A stretch of DNA of 64,000 nt from an uncultured bacterium (GCA_949296705.1 CASFOW010000013.1:1693-65692); one strand, 5' to 3'; shown: positions 29,948-39,484, counted from the first letter of the stretch. The notes: a model not told the origin generated them from the sequence alone. Numbers and translations are program-made.

Positions 29948-30892
29948 TCACCTCATTATGTAAGAAAAAATAAGTGAGCCTAACTTTAGACCGTTATGTT
30001 TAATGGTTCCATCTTCTAAAGTAACTAGATCAGAACTTAACAATTCGACATTTAATTTCTCAATATTTTCTCGATCAATTTCTACTTGTTCTTTAAACTC
30101 TTTTTCATATTTTTCTACCATACTCTCAGAGATTGGAGTAGTACTCGCAATTACCGCATTGATTTTCCTTTTTCCTAAATATCTATTTAAAGTATTTAAG
30201 TAATCACTAACGCGATTATCGTCCGTTTCTCCCGGTTGATTCATCAAATTACAAATATACAGGATAGGAGCGCTACTTTTATCGATTGCTTTAATCACTT
30301 CTTTACAAATTAAATGGGGAATAATACTCGTATAAAGACTTCCCATACTGAGTACAATTAGATCCGCCTCATGGATAGCTTGTAGGACATCACTTCTAAC
30401 ATGGGGTGTTTCTTTATAGTATATTTTTTTGAACTTTTTATACGATTTCATAATTTGCGCTTGACCAGATATTGTCTTGCCATCTATGGTATCTGCCATT
30501 AATGTTAAATAATCTTCAGAAAGTGGTAATACTTGATGTTTTACATCTAATAGTTTACTTAGACAATCAATACTCTTTTTTAAATCATGTTTTTGATTGA
30601 GCAAAGCGGTTAAAATTAGGTTCCCAATTGGGTGGCCATTTAGATCACTGTAAGTAGTAAAGCGATACTCCATCACGCTTTTCACATCATCTGGTAAAGG
30701 CGATAAGTTGGTTAGTACTTTACGAATATCCCCTACTGCAGGAGTTAAGAATTCTTCACGTAGCTTTCCTGTTGATTTTCCATTATCCGCAACGGTAATA
30801 ATCGCACTAATTTGAACGGGAAAATCTTTTAATCCACTTAGTAAATGTGACATTCCGGTCCCACCACCAAGTACAACTATCTTTTTCTTCAT
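29948..30892 (-). CDS. yvcK: Gluconeogenesis factor YvcK (CofD-like, UPF0052)
   Basis: 314 aa. KIVVLGGGTGMSHLLSGLK and PAVGDIRKVL are typical YvcK/CofD family motifs. Confidence 0.9.
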   Translation of the reverse strand: MKKKIVVLGGGTGMSHLLSGLKDFPVQISAIITVADNGKSTGKLREEFLTPAVGDIRKVLTNLSPLPDDVKSVMEYRFTTYSDLNGHPIGNLILTALLNQKHDLKKSIDCLSKLLDVKHQVLPLSEDYLTLMADTIDGKTISGQAQIMKSYKKFKKIYYKETPHVRSDVLQAIHEADLIVLSMGSLYTSIIPHLICKEVIKAIDKSSAPILYICNLMNQPGETDDNRVSDYLNTLNRYLGKRKINAVIASTTPISESMVEKYEKEFKEQVEIDRENIEKLNVELLSSDLVTLEDGTIKHNGLKLGSLIFSYIMR

Positions 30893-31021
30893 GTCATCAC
30901 CTAATTAATATTATACAGTATTTTTCGTAAATTTCACTTGTGTTAAGAAAAAAGTAGTTAAATATTTTAATACTTTTCTTCATTATTCAATTTTCATGCT
31001 ATACTTTAAGTGGTGAAGTAG

Positions 31022-31657
31022 ATGACTATACTCGAATATGATACAATTAAAGCGTTTTGTGTTCCTACTAATCGGTTGGGATATGGCAAAGAAGCAGAAG
31101 TTTATCACTATCAGGATAAAGTCATTAAACTTTTTCATCAGGAACGGAAAACGACTCTGCCCCGGATTTCTGATCAAGGTTTAATTGCTTTATCTAAACT
31201 GACGCTAAATTGTTTTTTGACTCCTAAAGATGTGATTGTCCAAGGTAGAAAAATTGTTGGTTATACTGAGGATTTTGTGGAAGAGAAAGATATCCAAACG
31301 GAAAATATTCCCTATCAAGAAATAAAAACAGATATCGAGGCACTAAGTGAACAAGGATTTATCTTAGAAGATATATTTTATAATTATTTGTTTACTGATG
31401 ATAAGATGGTTTTTAACGACCTTACTTGTTGTCGATATATCCCTACTGACAATCTGTTTTTAAAAGAAAGATTTTTGAAAAAGAATATGGAGATGATAAA
31501 TATTTTTCTGATTGGCTTAACTAAATTTGATGCTTTTCATAAGGGTGAGCAATATGAATACACCAAAATATTCAAAGCTAATGATTACCGACTTAAGCAT
31601 TGTCCAAATTGTTTTTATGGAGATATCTTGGAACAAGAAAAAGGAAGCAAATTTTAG
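31022..31657 (+). CDS. Hypothetical protein with a degenerate protein-kinase-like N-lobe
   Basis: 211 aa. LGYGKEAEVYHYQDKVIKLF resembles a Gly-rich loop plus a VxK lysine. There are no clear HRD or DFG motifs. The SD is GGTGA. Confidence 0.4.
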   Translation: MTILEYDTIKAFCVPTNRLGYGKEAEVYHYQDKVIKLFHQERKTTLPRISDQGLIALSKLTLNCFLTPKDVIVQGRKIVGYTEDFVEEKDIQTENIPYQEIKTDIEALSEQGFILEDIFYNYLFTDDKMVFNDLTCCRYIPTDNLFLKERFLKKNMEMINIFLIGLTKFDAFHKGEQYEYTKIFKANDYRLKHCPNCFYGDILEQEKGSKF

Positions 31658-31663
31658 GTTTTT

Positions 31664-31692
31664 AAAAGGTGTGTTTGTTAAACGCACCTTTT
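31664..31692. terminator. Hairpin between convergent genes (bidirectional terminator)
   Basis: AAAAGGTGTG-tttgttaaa-CGCACCTTTT followed by TGTTTTG on the plus strand. Confidence 0.6.
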
Positions 31693-31706
31693 TGTTTTGT
31701 TCTTGG

Positions 31707-32435
31707 TTAGAATCCTCTAGAACTTCCGCCACCACCAGAAGAGCCTCCGCCACCGAAGCCACCAAAGCCTCCTCCACCAAATGAAGAGCCTCTACCACCG
31801 AAACCGCCCGGACCAATAAAGAAAAAGCCACCTCGACTAACGATAAAAATCATAAATAAGATAAAGATAATCTGAAAGAAAATAATTCCGCTACCTAAAG
31901 TGGTTTCTTCTTTTTCAACCGGAGCATCTCCTTCATCTAAATCTGTAATTTGATAATAGTTAGCTAACTCTTGATAGAATGCTTTATAGCCATTTAACAT
32001 ACCCTCGTCAAAATTATCGTCTTTGAAATAAGGAATCATGTATTGATCTTGAAAGCGACCGGTTTTTCCGTCCGGTAAAATTCCTTCTAGTCCATAGCCT
32101 ACTTCAACACGGCTTTCTCTTTCTTCTAAGGTAAGCAATAAAAGTAAGCCATTATCTTCTTCTTCGTCTCCGATTCCAAACTCTCTAAACAAGGCTGTCG
32201 CATAAGATTCTAGATCTTCTCCTTCAAGATTTTCTACGGTTACTACAACAATCTGTGCCCCTGTTTGTTTTTCTAAATTTTGTGATTTAGCTATGATATA
32301 ATTTTCTGTTTCAGCTGATAGAATATTGGCGTAATCATTAACATAGAACTCATCGGTTGGGGAGACTAGTGCCCAAACATGGCTGGGAAAGAGAAGAAAA
32401 GAAACTAACAAACAAACTAGTAGTTCCTTTTTCAT
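31707..32435 (-). CDS. TPM-domain protein (YgcG-like) with TM helix and Gly-rich tail
   Basis: 242 aa. It has a signal peptide, a TPM-phosphatase-like domain (VNDYANILS...QIVVVTV), a TM segment, and a C-terminal GGFGGRGSSFGGGGFGG tail. It is paired with lemA. Confidence 0.8.
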   Translation of the reverse strand: MKKELLVCLLVSFLLFPSHVWALVSPTDEFYVNDYANILSAETENYIIAKSQNLEKQTGAQIVVVTVENLEGEDLESYATALFREFGIGDEEEDNGLLLLLTLEERESRVEVGYGLEGILPDGKTGRFQDQYMIPYFKDDNFDEGMLNGYKAFYQELANYYQITDLDEGDAPVEKEETTLGSGIIFFQIIFILFMIFIVSRGGFFFIGPGGFGGRGSSFGGGGFGGFGGGGSSGGGGSSRGF

Positions 32436-32437
32436 AT

Positions 32438-33001
32438 TTAAAACTCTACTTCTGGAACATCAGTTGCGGATTCTTTTGCTTCAAAGTATTCTTTTTTTTC
32501 AAAGCCAAACATGTTAGCTAAGATGTTCGTTGGAAATTTCTTGATTGCGGTATTATAAGATTTTACTTCATCGTTATAGTCTTTTCTAGCTGTAGAAATT
32601 CTATTTTCTGTTCCAGCTAATTCATCTGATAGTTGGATGAAGTTTTCACTAGCTTTTAGATCTGGGTAATTTTCAACCACTACCATTAGAGCATCTAAAG
32701 AAGCCGTCAATTGATCGTTTGCTTCCATTTGTTCATCAATGTTTTTAGCACCTAATAAATTTTGACGAGCAGTTGTGATATTCTCGATGACTTCTGTTTC
32801 ATGCTCCATATAACCTTTTACGGTATTTACAAGATTAGGAATTAAATCAGCTCTTCTTTCTAACATTACGGATACATTGGAATATGCAGTATCCACGCTT
32901 TCTTCTTTACTTACTAAAGAATTATACCCACTAATTCCCATTAAAGCAATTACTGCAATAATCGCAACAACTACTACAATTATCGTCGTTTTCTTTGACA
33001 T
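32438..33001 (-). CDS. lemA: LemA family protein
   Basis: 187 aa. N-terminal TM, then GYNSLVSKEESVDTAYSNVSVMLERRADLIPNLV, is typical LemA. Confidence 0.88.
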   Translation of the reverse strand: MSKKTTIIVVVVAIIAVIALMGISGYNSLVSKEESVDTAYSNVSVMLERRADLIPNLVNTVKGYMEHETEVIENITTARQNLLGAKNIDEQMEANDQLTASLDALMVVVENYPDLKASENFIQLSDELAGTENRISTARKDYNDEVKSYNTAIKKFPTNILANMFGFEKKEYFEAKESATDVPEVEF

Positions 33002-33060
33002 ATTATCCTTCCTCTCTATTTTTATTATAGCATTATTTTAAAAAGTTTATTGGTTTTTGT

Positions 33061-33966
33061 TTAATTATCTTTTTTTATGATATGATCAGCAACGATTGCG
33101 CCTTCACTGCAAGCCGTTACGATTTGATATAGATCTTTATCCAAACAATCTCCACACGCATAGATATTCGAAATAGCTGTTTGTAAATTTTCGTCTACTT
33201 CAATATAATTTGTGGTAGGATTAACAATTCCTAACGGACGAAAAACTTCTGTCATAGGTACTTGTCCGATGAATTCAAAACATCCATCAACCGTTAATTC
33301 TTTACCACTTTCTAATATTAACTTATCTAGTTTACCATCCCGAGGCACAAATTTCACTACATTATCTGGGGTAATCACTTCAATGTTAGAACGTGATTTC
33401 AAGTCGTCAACTAATGGTTCTTCGGCTCTAAAACTATTTTTTCTATGAATTAATGTTACTTTATTACACAATTTGGATAGATAAATTGCTTCTTCAACGG
33501 CTGCTCTACCGCCACCGATTACCGCTACGTCTTTATTCCGATATAAAGGTCCATCACAAATAGCACACCAGCTTATTCCTTTACCAGTTAGCTTTTCTTC
33601 ATTTTCAATCCCTAATTTACGCGGTTCACGTCCGGTTGCGATGATTAAATTCTGGCAACTTAACTGTTCATTAGAAGTAGTTACTGTAATTTTTTCTTGT
33701 TTTTTTTCTACTATTTTTACTTCTTCAAAAAGAAATGGTACTTCTAACTTTGTTACTTGTTCATACATTTTCATCGCGAGTTCTGGTCCTTCGATTTCTA
33801 AAATGCCAGGATAATTTTCAATTTTAGCAGTCTTAATTACTTGACCACCTGGAGCTTCTTTTTCAATTAATAAAACATTGATTCCTGCTCTTTTTAAATA
33901 AAGGGCGGCAGTCATTCCTGCTACCCCTGCACCAATAATAATGGTATGATATTCTTTGTTCATCAA
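33061..33966 (-). CDS. trxB: Thioredoxin-disulfide reductase
   Basis: 301 aa. FAD motif IIIGAGVAGMTAA, redox centre CAICDG, second dinucleotide motif VIGGGRAAVEEA, and HRKNSFRA are present. Confidence 0.9.
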   Translation of the reverse strand: MMNKEYHTIIIGAGVAGMTAALYLKRAGINVLLIEKEAPGGQVIKTAKIENYPGILEIEGPELAMKMYEQVTKLEVPFLFEEVKIVEKKQEKITVTTSNEQLSCQNLIIATGREPRKLGIENEEKLTGKGISWCAICDGPLYRNKDVAVIGGGRAAVEEAIYLSKLCNKVTLIHRKNSFRAEEPLVDDLKSRSNIEVITPDNVVKFVPRDGKLDKLILESGKELTVDGCFEFIGQVPMTEVFRPLGIVNPTTNYIEVDENLQTAISNIYACGDCLDKDLYQIVTACSEGAIVADHIIKKDN

Positions 33967-33982
33967 TATTCCCTCTTTCTGT

Positions 33983-34795
33983 TTAAAAGGTTATTTCTTT
34001 CTTTTCAGCGTCCTTGTATAAATTATCAAAGCGGGATCCTTTACGACAGAGTATTAGCATCATGATGCCAATAATAATTCCCACGATGGATATTACTTGT
34101 GCCATTCTTAAGCTACCAAGCATCAAACTGTCTGTTCGCATACCTTCGATAAAAAACCTACCTATAGAATACCAGATTAAGTAAACACCAGTTAGTTGCC
34201 CCGTCTTTAAGTAGCGATAATGTCTAACAATCAATAAGGCAATAAATCCTGCTAGACACCAAATCGATTCATAGAGAAAGGCCGGCTGTCTGTAAGCACC
34301 ACCAATATACATCCCATCGATAATGAAATCAGGAATTCCTAGTTTCTGTAGACTTTCTAAGGTAGTAATTGCCCCATAAGCTTCTTGGTTAAAGAAATTT
34401 CCCCAACGGCCAATAGCCTGTCCGATGATCAAACCTACGACGACGATATCTAATAGTTTTAATAATTTTGCATTGTACTTTTTACAGTAAATAAATATGG
34501 TAAGTAATCCAGCAATAATTCCCCCGTGAATAGCTAGTCCTCCATTCCATATTTCCAAAATTTCTAGCGGATATTTTAAGTAATAATCTAAATTAAAACA
34601 AACATAATATAGTCGTGCTCCGATCAAACCAAAGATCACAGTATAAAATATTAGATTCACAATAAAATCTTCATTGATATTCTGGCGTTTACATTCTTTT
34701 AAAATGACGAAAGTAGCTACCAATATTCCAAAAAAGATAAATAGTGAATACCAATATATTTGAATAAATCCTAAATCTAACGCTATTCTATCCAT
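33983..34795 (-). CDS. lgt: Prolipoprotein diacylglyceryl transferase
   Basis: 270-aa polytopic protein. IYWYSLFIFFGIL, GARLYYV and GRWGNFFNQEAYG are Lgt motifs. Confidence 0.93.
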   Translation of the reverse strand: MDRIALDLGFIQIYWYSLFIFFGILVATFVILKECKRQNINEDFIVNLIFYTVIFGLIGARLYYVCFNLDYYLKYPLEILEIWNGGLAIHGGIIAGLLTIFIYCKKYNAKLLKLLDIVVVGLIIGQAIGRWGNFFNQEAYGAITTLESLQKLGIPDFIIDGMYIGGAYRQPAFLYESIWCLAGFIALLIVRHYRYLKTGQLTGVYLIWYSIGRFFIEGMRTDSLMLGSLRMAQVISIVGIIIGIMMLILCRKGSRFDNLYKDAEKKEITF

Positions 34796-35207
34796 TTTTC
34801 TTTATTCTCCTCATTATTGGTTTAGTAATGATATTTTCTACCAGCTGGTTCATCACTGAAATTAAAATAGCCAGTAGAAAAGCAATAAATATGTTTTTTA
34901 TCTGAAAGTGTTCGCGTAGTATCCAATCGGTTAATTTTAAGATAAATAGGTTAATACATGGATAAAAAATTCCTATGGTAATTCCTGTGATAGGAATTGT
35001 TAAGAAAAAGAGAATAGGTTTAATGGTCTTATTTAGAAAGAAAATAATTAATGTTGCAGTAAACCCATATAGATATAAATGATTATCATCGATATAAAAC
35101 GTATCAAAAAAGGTAGCTACAAATACAAGTATTAGTGCATAACCTACTATTTGAAGTACCCATTCTATTAAGTTCTCTAATTTCCGTCTAGTTCTTTTTT
35201 TATCCAT
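34788..35207 (-). CDS. DUF360 / phage-holin-family-4 membrane protein (YvlD-like)
   Basis: 139 aa with 4 TM helices. FFLNKTIKPILFFLTIPITGITIGIF matches the DUF360 core pattern. It overlaps the lgt start by 8 nt. Confidence 0.6.
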   Translation of the reverse strand: MDKKRTRRKLENLIEWVLQIVGYALILVFVATFFDTFYIDDNHLYLYGFTATLIIFFLNKTIKPILFFLTIPITGITIGIFYPCINLFILKLTDWILREHFQIKNIFIAFLLAILISVMNQLVENIITKPIMRRIKKNG

Positions 35208-35215
35208 TTTATCAC

Positions 35216-38029
35216 CTAGTTATCTAATATTTTCTTTAAGAATTCTCCTGTAGCAGACGTTTCTACTTTGGCAATTTCTTCTGGAGTTCCAGTTGCGACA
35301 ACTTCTCCACCGTTATCGCCACCATTTGGTCCTAAATCAATGATGTAGTCTGCACATTTGATTACATCTAGATTGTGTTCGATGATTACTACGGTATCTT
35401 TATTATCTACTATTTTATTAAATATTGCAAGTAATCTTTTGATATCTGCTGAGTGCAATCCAGTTGTCGGTTCATCTAGAATGTAAAGTGCTTTACCAGT
35501 TGGTTTCTTTTGTAATTCTTTCGCAAGTTTTACTCTACCAGCTTCGCCACCTGATAAGGTAGTCGCACTCTGTCCTAATTTAATATATCCAATTCCAACA
35601 TCTTCTAGAACTTGCAATTTATTTTTTATTTTTGGAACATTTTCGAAAAATTCTAATGCTTCAGATACCCGCATATCTAAAACTTCAGCGATATTTTTAT
35701 TTTTATATTTAATTTTTAAGGTTTCACTATTGTATCTAGTTCCATGACAAACTTCACATGGAATATAGACATCTGGTAAGAAATGCATCTCGATTTTCTT
35801 TACCCCATCGCCACGACAAGCTTCACAACGACCACCTTTAACATTGAAAGAAAAACGGTTTTTCTCAAAGCCAGCCATTTTCGCTTCTTTGGTATTGGTA
35901 AATAAATCTCGAATCTCATCGAAGACTCCGGTATACGTAGCTGGGTTACTGCGTGGTGTTCTACCGATAGGATTTTGAGATATCTCAATTACTTTATCGA
36001 TATTTTCTAGACCTAATATTTTTTTATGTCTACCTGGTTTATCTTTACTCTTATACACTTTGGTATAGGCTGCTCGGCATAATATTTGATTAATCAACGT
36101 ACTTTTTCCACTACCTGATACTCCAGTTACACAAGTTAAGGTACCAAGAGGAATTTTCACATCAATATTTTTTAAATTGTTTTCACTTGCCCCCTTAATT
36201 TCGATATATTTTTTATTTCCTTTTCGTCTTGTTTTTGGCACTTCGATTTTTTCTTTTCCAGAAAGATAACGGCCAGTTATACTATTTTCATTTTTCATTA
36301 CTTCTTCTGGGGTACCTGCTGCTACAATATAGCCACCTTCTGCTCCTGCTTTGGGACCAACATCGACCAAATAATCACTAGCTAACATCGTATCCGTATC
36401 GTGTTCAACAACGATTAAGGTATTTCCTAAGTCTCTCATTTCTAATAAGGAGTGAATTAATTTTTCGTTATCTCGTTGGTGAAGTCCGATACTTGGTTCA
36501 TCTAAGACGTAAAGTACTCCTGTTAATTTAGAACCAATCTGTGTAGCCAAACGAATTCGCTGTGCTTCTCCCCCTGATAGTGTTCCAGCTGAACGACTGA
36601 GTGTCAAATACTCTAATCCTACATTTTTTAAGAATGAAAGTCTAGAAGAGATTTCTTTAATTAAAAGATTAGATATTTCTTGTTGTGATGGAGTAAGTTT
36701 TAAATTTTGAAAAAAATCAACTAGTTGTTTAATACTCATACAAGTGACTTCGTAGATGTTTTTCCCGCCGACTAAAACGGATAATACACTATCTTGTAAG
36801 CGACTACCATGACAAGTTTCACATTCGGTTTCAATCATGTAATTTTCTAACCATTCCCTAATCCATTCGCTGTTGGTTTCCATATATCTTCTTTCTAAGT
36901 TATTAATGATTCCCTCATAATAGTCTTTTTGATTATATAGATTCCCACTTTTTGAACGATAATTAAAATGGATCAACTCATCACTGCCATATAGAATATA
37001 ATTTTGTTCTTTCTTAGTTAATTTAGAAAAGCTTTTATTCATATCGATCTTATAGTGTTTACACAAGCATTCTAAACGTTTAAAATCTAAGGCTTCTGGG
37101 TCATCGGTTAATGTTTTAATTGCGCCATTATTTAAGCTTTTACTACCATCTGGAACAACTAATTCTGGATCCATCTTGAGTTTAATTCCTAAACCTTTAC
37201 AATCTGGACAAGCACCAAAAGGAGCATTGAAACTAAACATCCTAGGCTCTAATTCAGGTAGTGAAAAATCACAGTATGGGCAAGCAAAATTTTCAGAAAA
37301 GACGACTTCTTTATCTCCCATGAAGTCAACAGCCACCTTGCCATGTGAAAGTTTAGTGGCTACTTCTAAAGATTCCATTAGACGACTTCTACTATCTTCT
37401 TTTAAAACAATACGATCGACAATAACATCAATATCTGACTTTTTATTTTTCTCTAAGTTAATTTCTTCTCCTAAATCGTAAGTTTCACCATTTATTCTTA
37501 CACGTACGTATCCATCTTTTCGTAAGTCATCTAATAAATCTTTATGAGTTCCCTTCTCTCCATGGACAACTGGTGCCATAATAATTAATCTCGTACCCAT
37601 TGGTCGCTCCATAATCTTATTGACCATTTCTTCAATACTTTGAGAAGAGATAGGTACATGATGTTCTGGACAATATGGGGTTCCTATTCTCGCAAATAAA
37701 AGACGTAAGTAATCATAAATCTCCGTTACTGTTCCTACAGTTGAACGAGGGTTCTTACTTGTTGTTTTTTGATCGATACTAATCGATGGCGATAATCCTT
37801 CTATTGAATCGACATCTGGCTTTTCTGTTCCCCCTAAAAATTGTCTAGCATAAGCGGATAAGCTTTCTACATATCTTCTTTGTCCTTCGGCATAAATAGT
37901 ATCAAAAGCGAGGGAGCTTTTTCCACTTCCCGATACCCCAGTCATAACAATCAATTTATTTTTAGGCAATGTTAGATCCACGTTTTTTAAATTATTTTCA
38001 CGGGCTCCTTTTATAATGATTTGATCCAT
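35216..38029 (-). CDS. uvrA: Excinuclease ABC subunit A
   Basis: 937 aa. MDQIIIKGARENNLKNVDL..., two ABC modules (GVSGSGKSSLAF, GVSGSGKSTLI), LSGGE signatures and zinc-finger cysteines are present. Confidence 0.98.
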   Translation of the reverse strand: MDQIIIKGARENNLKNVDLTLPKNKLIVMTGVSGSGKSSLAFDTIYAEGQRRYVESLSAYARQFLGGTEKPDVDSIEGLSPSISIDQKTTSKNPRSTVGTVTEIYDYLRLLFARIGTPYCPEHHVPISSQSIEEMVNKIMERPMGTRLIIMAPVVHGEKGTHKDLLDDLRKDGYVRVRINGETYDLGEEINLEKNKKSDIDVIVDRIVLKEDSRSRLMESLEVATKLSHGKVAVDFMGDKEVVFSENFACPYCDFSLPELEPRMFSFNAPFGACPDCKGLGIKLKMDPELVVPDGSKSLNNGAIKTLTDDPEALDFKRLECLCKHYKIDMNKSFSKLTKKEQNYILYGSDELIHFNYRSKSGNLYNQKDYYEGIINNLERRYMETNSEWIREWLENYMIETECETCHGSRLQDSVLSVLVGGKNIYEVTCMSIKQLVDFFQNLKLTPSQQEISNLLIKEISSRLSFLKNVGLEYLTLSRSAGTLSGGEAQRIRLATQIGSKLTGVLYVLDEPSIGLHQRDNEKLIHSLLEMRDLGNTLIVVEHDTDTMLASDYLVDVGPKAGAEGGYIVAAGTPEEVMKNENSITGRYLSGKEKIEVPKTRRKGNKKYIEIKGASENNLKNIDVKIPLGTLTCVTGVSGSGKSTLINQILCRAAYTKVYKSKDKPGRHKKILGLENIDKVIEISQNPIGRTPRSNPATYTGVFDEIRDLFTNTKEAKMAGFEKNRFSFNVKGGRCEACRGDGVKKIEMHFLPDVYIPCEVCHGTRYNSETLKIKYKNKNIAEVLDMRVSEALEFFENVPKIKNKLQVLEDVGIGYIKLGQSATTLSGGEAGRVKLAKELQKKPTGKALYILDEPTTGLHSADIKRLLAIFNKIVDNKDTVVIIEHNLDVIKCADYIIDLGPNGGDNGGEVVATGTPEEIAKVETSATGEFLKKILDN

Positions 38030-38101
38030 AAACTACTCTCCTTTTTTCGCTTTCTTATTATATCACACTTTTTTTAAACTCATGTTTTTTTATCCAGATT
38101 T

Positions 38102-38130
38102 ATTATATTATCTAAACAAATGTTCGTCAA
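38102..38130 (-). promoter_or_regulatory. uvrA promoter overlapped by a LexA (Cheo/SOS) box
   Basis: Minus strand reads TTGACG-17 nt-TATAAT. The spacer and -35 contain CGAACATTTGTTT (38114-38126), compared with the Firmicute SOS box CGAAC-N4-GTTCG. Confidence 0.6.
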
Positions 38131-38142
38131 TATTTTTTGCGT

Positions 38143-38165
38143 AAAAAAAACACATTTCTGTGTTT
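38143..38165 (-). terminator. Intrinsic terminator after the 106-aa gene
   Basis: Minus strand has AAACACA-gaaa-TGTGTTT followed by TTTTTTA. It overlaps the stop codon at 38164. Confidence 0.7.
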
Positions 38166-38484
38166 AAGCAACCCTTTTTAATACTTTAGCATTGTCAGTA
38201 TCAATTACATTAGCTTCTTCAATACCTGTTCTAGCAATAATTTCATTGATCTTATTTGTCGTAATATGCCAACTGATCTCTTTTGGTTCCATATAACTTG
38301 CGATTGGTACAATTTTCTTACAATAATGGTACTCATACTCTTTGATTGGTTTTTGATTAACACCATCTTTGTGTAGTACTACTACCTTAGGGGGCGTTTG
38401 ATTTTCATTGATTCCTGCATTTGGATTTAGTGTCTCCGCAAACCCTAAGAATATTTTGGCAGTATCATATCTTAAATTTTTCAT
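38164..38484 (-). CDS. Hypothetical protein (106 aa) with its own consensus promoter and terminator
   Basis: Intact ORF with a GGGGAG SD. I recognise no family. Confidence 0.6.
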   Translation of the reverse strand: MKNLRYDTAKIFLGFAETLNPNAGINENQTPPKVVVLHKDGVNQKPIKEYEYHYCKKIVPIASYMEPKEISWHITTNKINEIIARTGIEEANVIDTDNAKVLKRVA

Positions 38485-38527
38485 TTTTTTCTCCCCTTTA
38501 CTGACCCTATTTCAACATAGGAGAGAT

Positions 38528-38556
38528 ATTGTATCGTATTTTTGCCATTCTGTCAA
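38528..38556 (-). promoter_or_regulatory. Consensus sigma-A promoter for the 106-aa gene
   Basis: Minus strand reads TTGACA-17 nt-TACAAT. The -35 is at 38551-38556 and the -10 at 38528-38533. Confidence 0.7.
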
Positions 38557-38641
38557 TGATTTTTTGATTATTTTTCGCACAGTTGTGATACCATTTTTTG
38601 CTTATTTCTTGTTTACTTTTTACCTAAAATCTTATTTTTTT

Positions 38642-39484
38642 CTAACGATTAAATTGTTCTTTAAAATTACAATGTCTACATAACTCTTCAGCAACTTGCC
38701 TATTTTCAAAGCCTTTACGCATGGCCTCTATTTTAGGATTTTCAAATATACGGTCGATATTCATTGTCAAAATATTTCCTAGATTAATTATTCCCTCTCC
38801 ATCTAAACAACAAGGAACTACTGTTCCATCAGATAAGATGCCGATATGATCTTTTAAAGCATGACAGTAACCTTTACTTTCACAATAATTGTTATCTACA
38901 TCTGGCCAGATAAATTGATTAGCTTTATTGATATATATATTTTTATCAATTTCAATATTCGTGTCCGTATATATTTTTTCCACTGTTCCTATGGATAAGT
39001 GGTAGTATTCCATAATTTTATTCACTGTTCTTGTGGATTTGGCATCAAAACTAAAATCATTTAGTGTCCATAAACGATAAACAATATGCATATGGCTAGA
39101 CAAAAGCTCTACTGCTTCAAAAATATCTTTTAAGTATTTTTCTTTGTGATTCTCTGAGTGAAGAGAAATATTAACTTGTCTAACTACACCACTATTTAAT
39201 AAAATTTTAGCCTTTTCTTTTAGAAGAACTCCATTGGTTGTAATATTTACTTGTTTTTTATATTTACGACAGATATCTAGAATCTTTTCTAACTTGGGAT
39301 GAAGAAGAGGTTCCCCTTTAATATGTAAATACACATAATCTGTATATGGATCTAATTTCTTCAATACTTTTTCAAACTCACCAACACTCATACTTCTTTT
39401 GGGACGGTTACTCACAGAACAAAAACTACAGGATAAATTGCAAATATTAGAAATTTCAATATATACCCGTTTAAATTTTCTCAT
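38642..39484 (-). CDS. Radical SAM enzyme with C-terminal SPASM/twitch-like Cys cluster
   Basis: 280 aa. CNLSCSFC (CxxxCxxC) sits near the N-terminus. C-terminal cysteines are CHALKD...VPCCLDG...CRHCNF. Confidence 0.8.
   Translation of the reverse strand: MRKFKRVYIEISNICNLSCSFCSVSNRPKRSMSVGEFEKVLKKLDPYTDYVYLHIKGEPLLHPKLEKILDICRKYKKQVNITTNGVLLKEKAKILLNSGVVRQVNISLHSENHKEKYLKDIFEAVELLSSHMHIVYRLWTLNDFSFDAKSTRTVNKIMEYYHLSIGTVEKIYTDTNIEIDKNIYINKANQFIWPDVDNNYCESKGYCHALKDHIGILSDGTVVPCCLDGEGIINLGNILTMNIDRIFENPKIEAMRKGFENRQVAEELCRHCNFKEQFNR

Noticed and set aside
31517-31831. ORFs 31517-31831 (-) and 31527-31784 (+).
   Set aside because: They are shadows of the Gly-rich tail of the TPM protein and the 3' end of the kinase-like gene, and they span a terminator hairpin.
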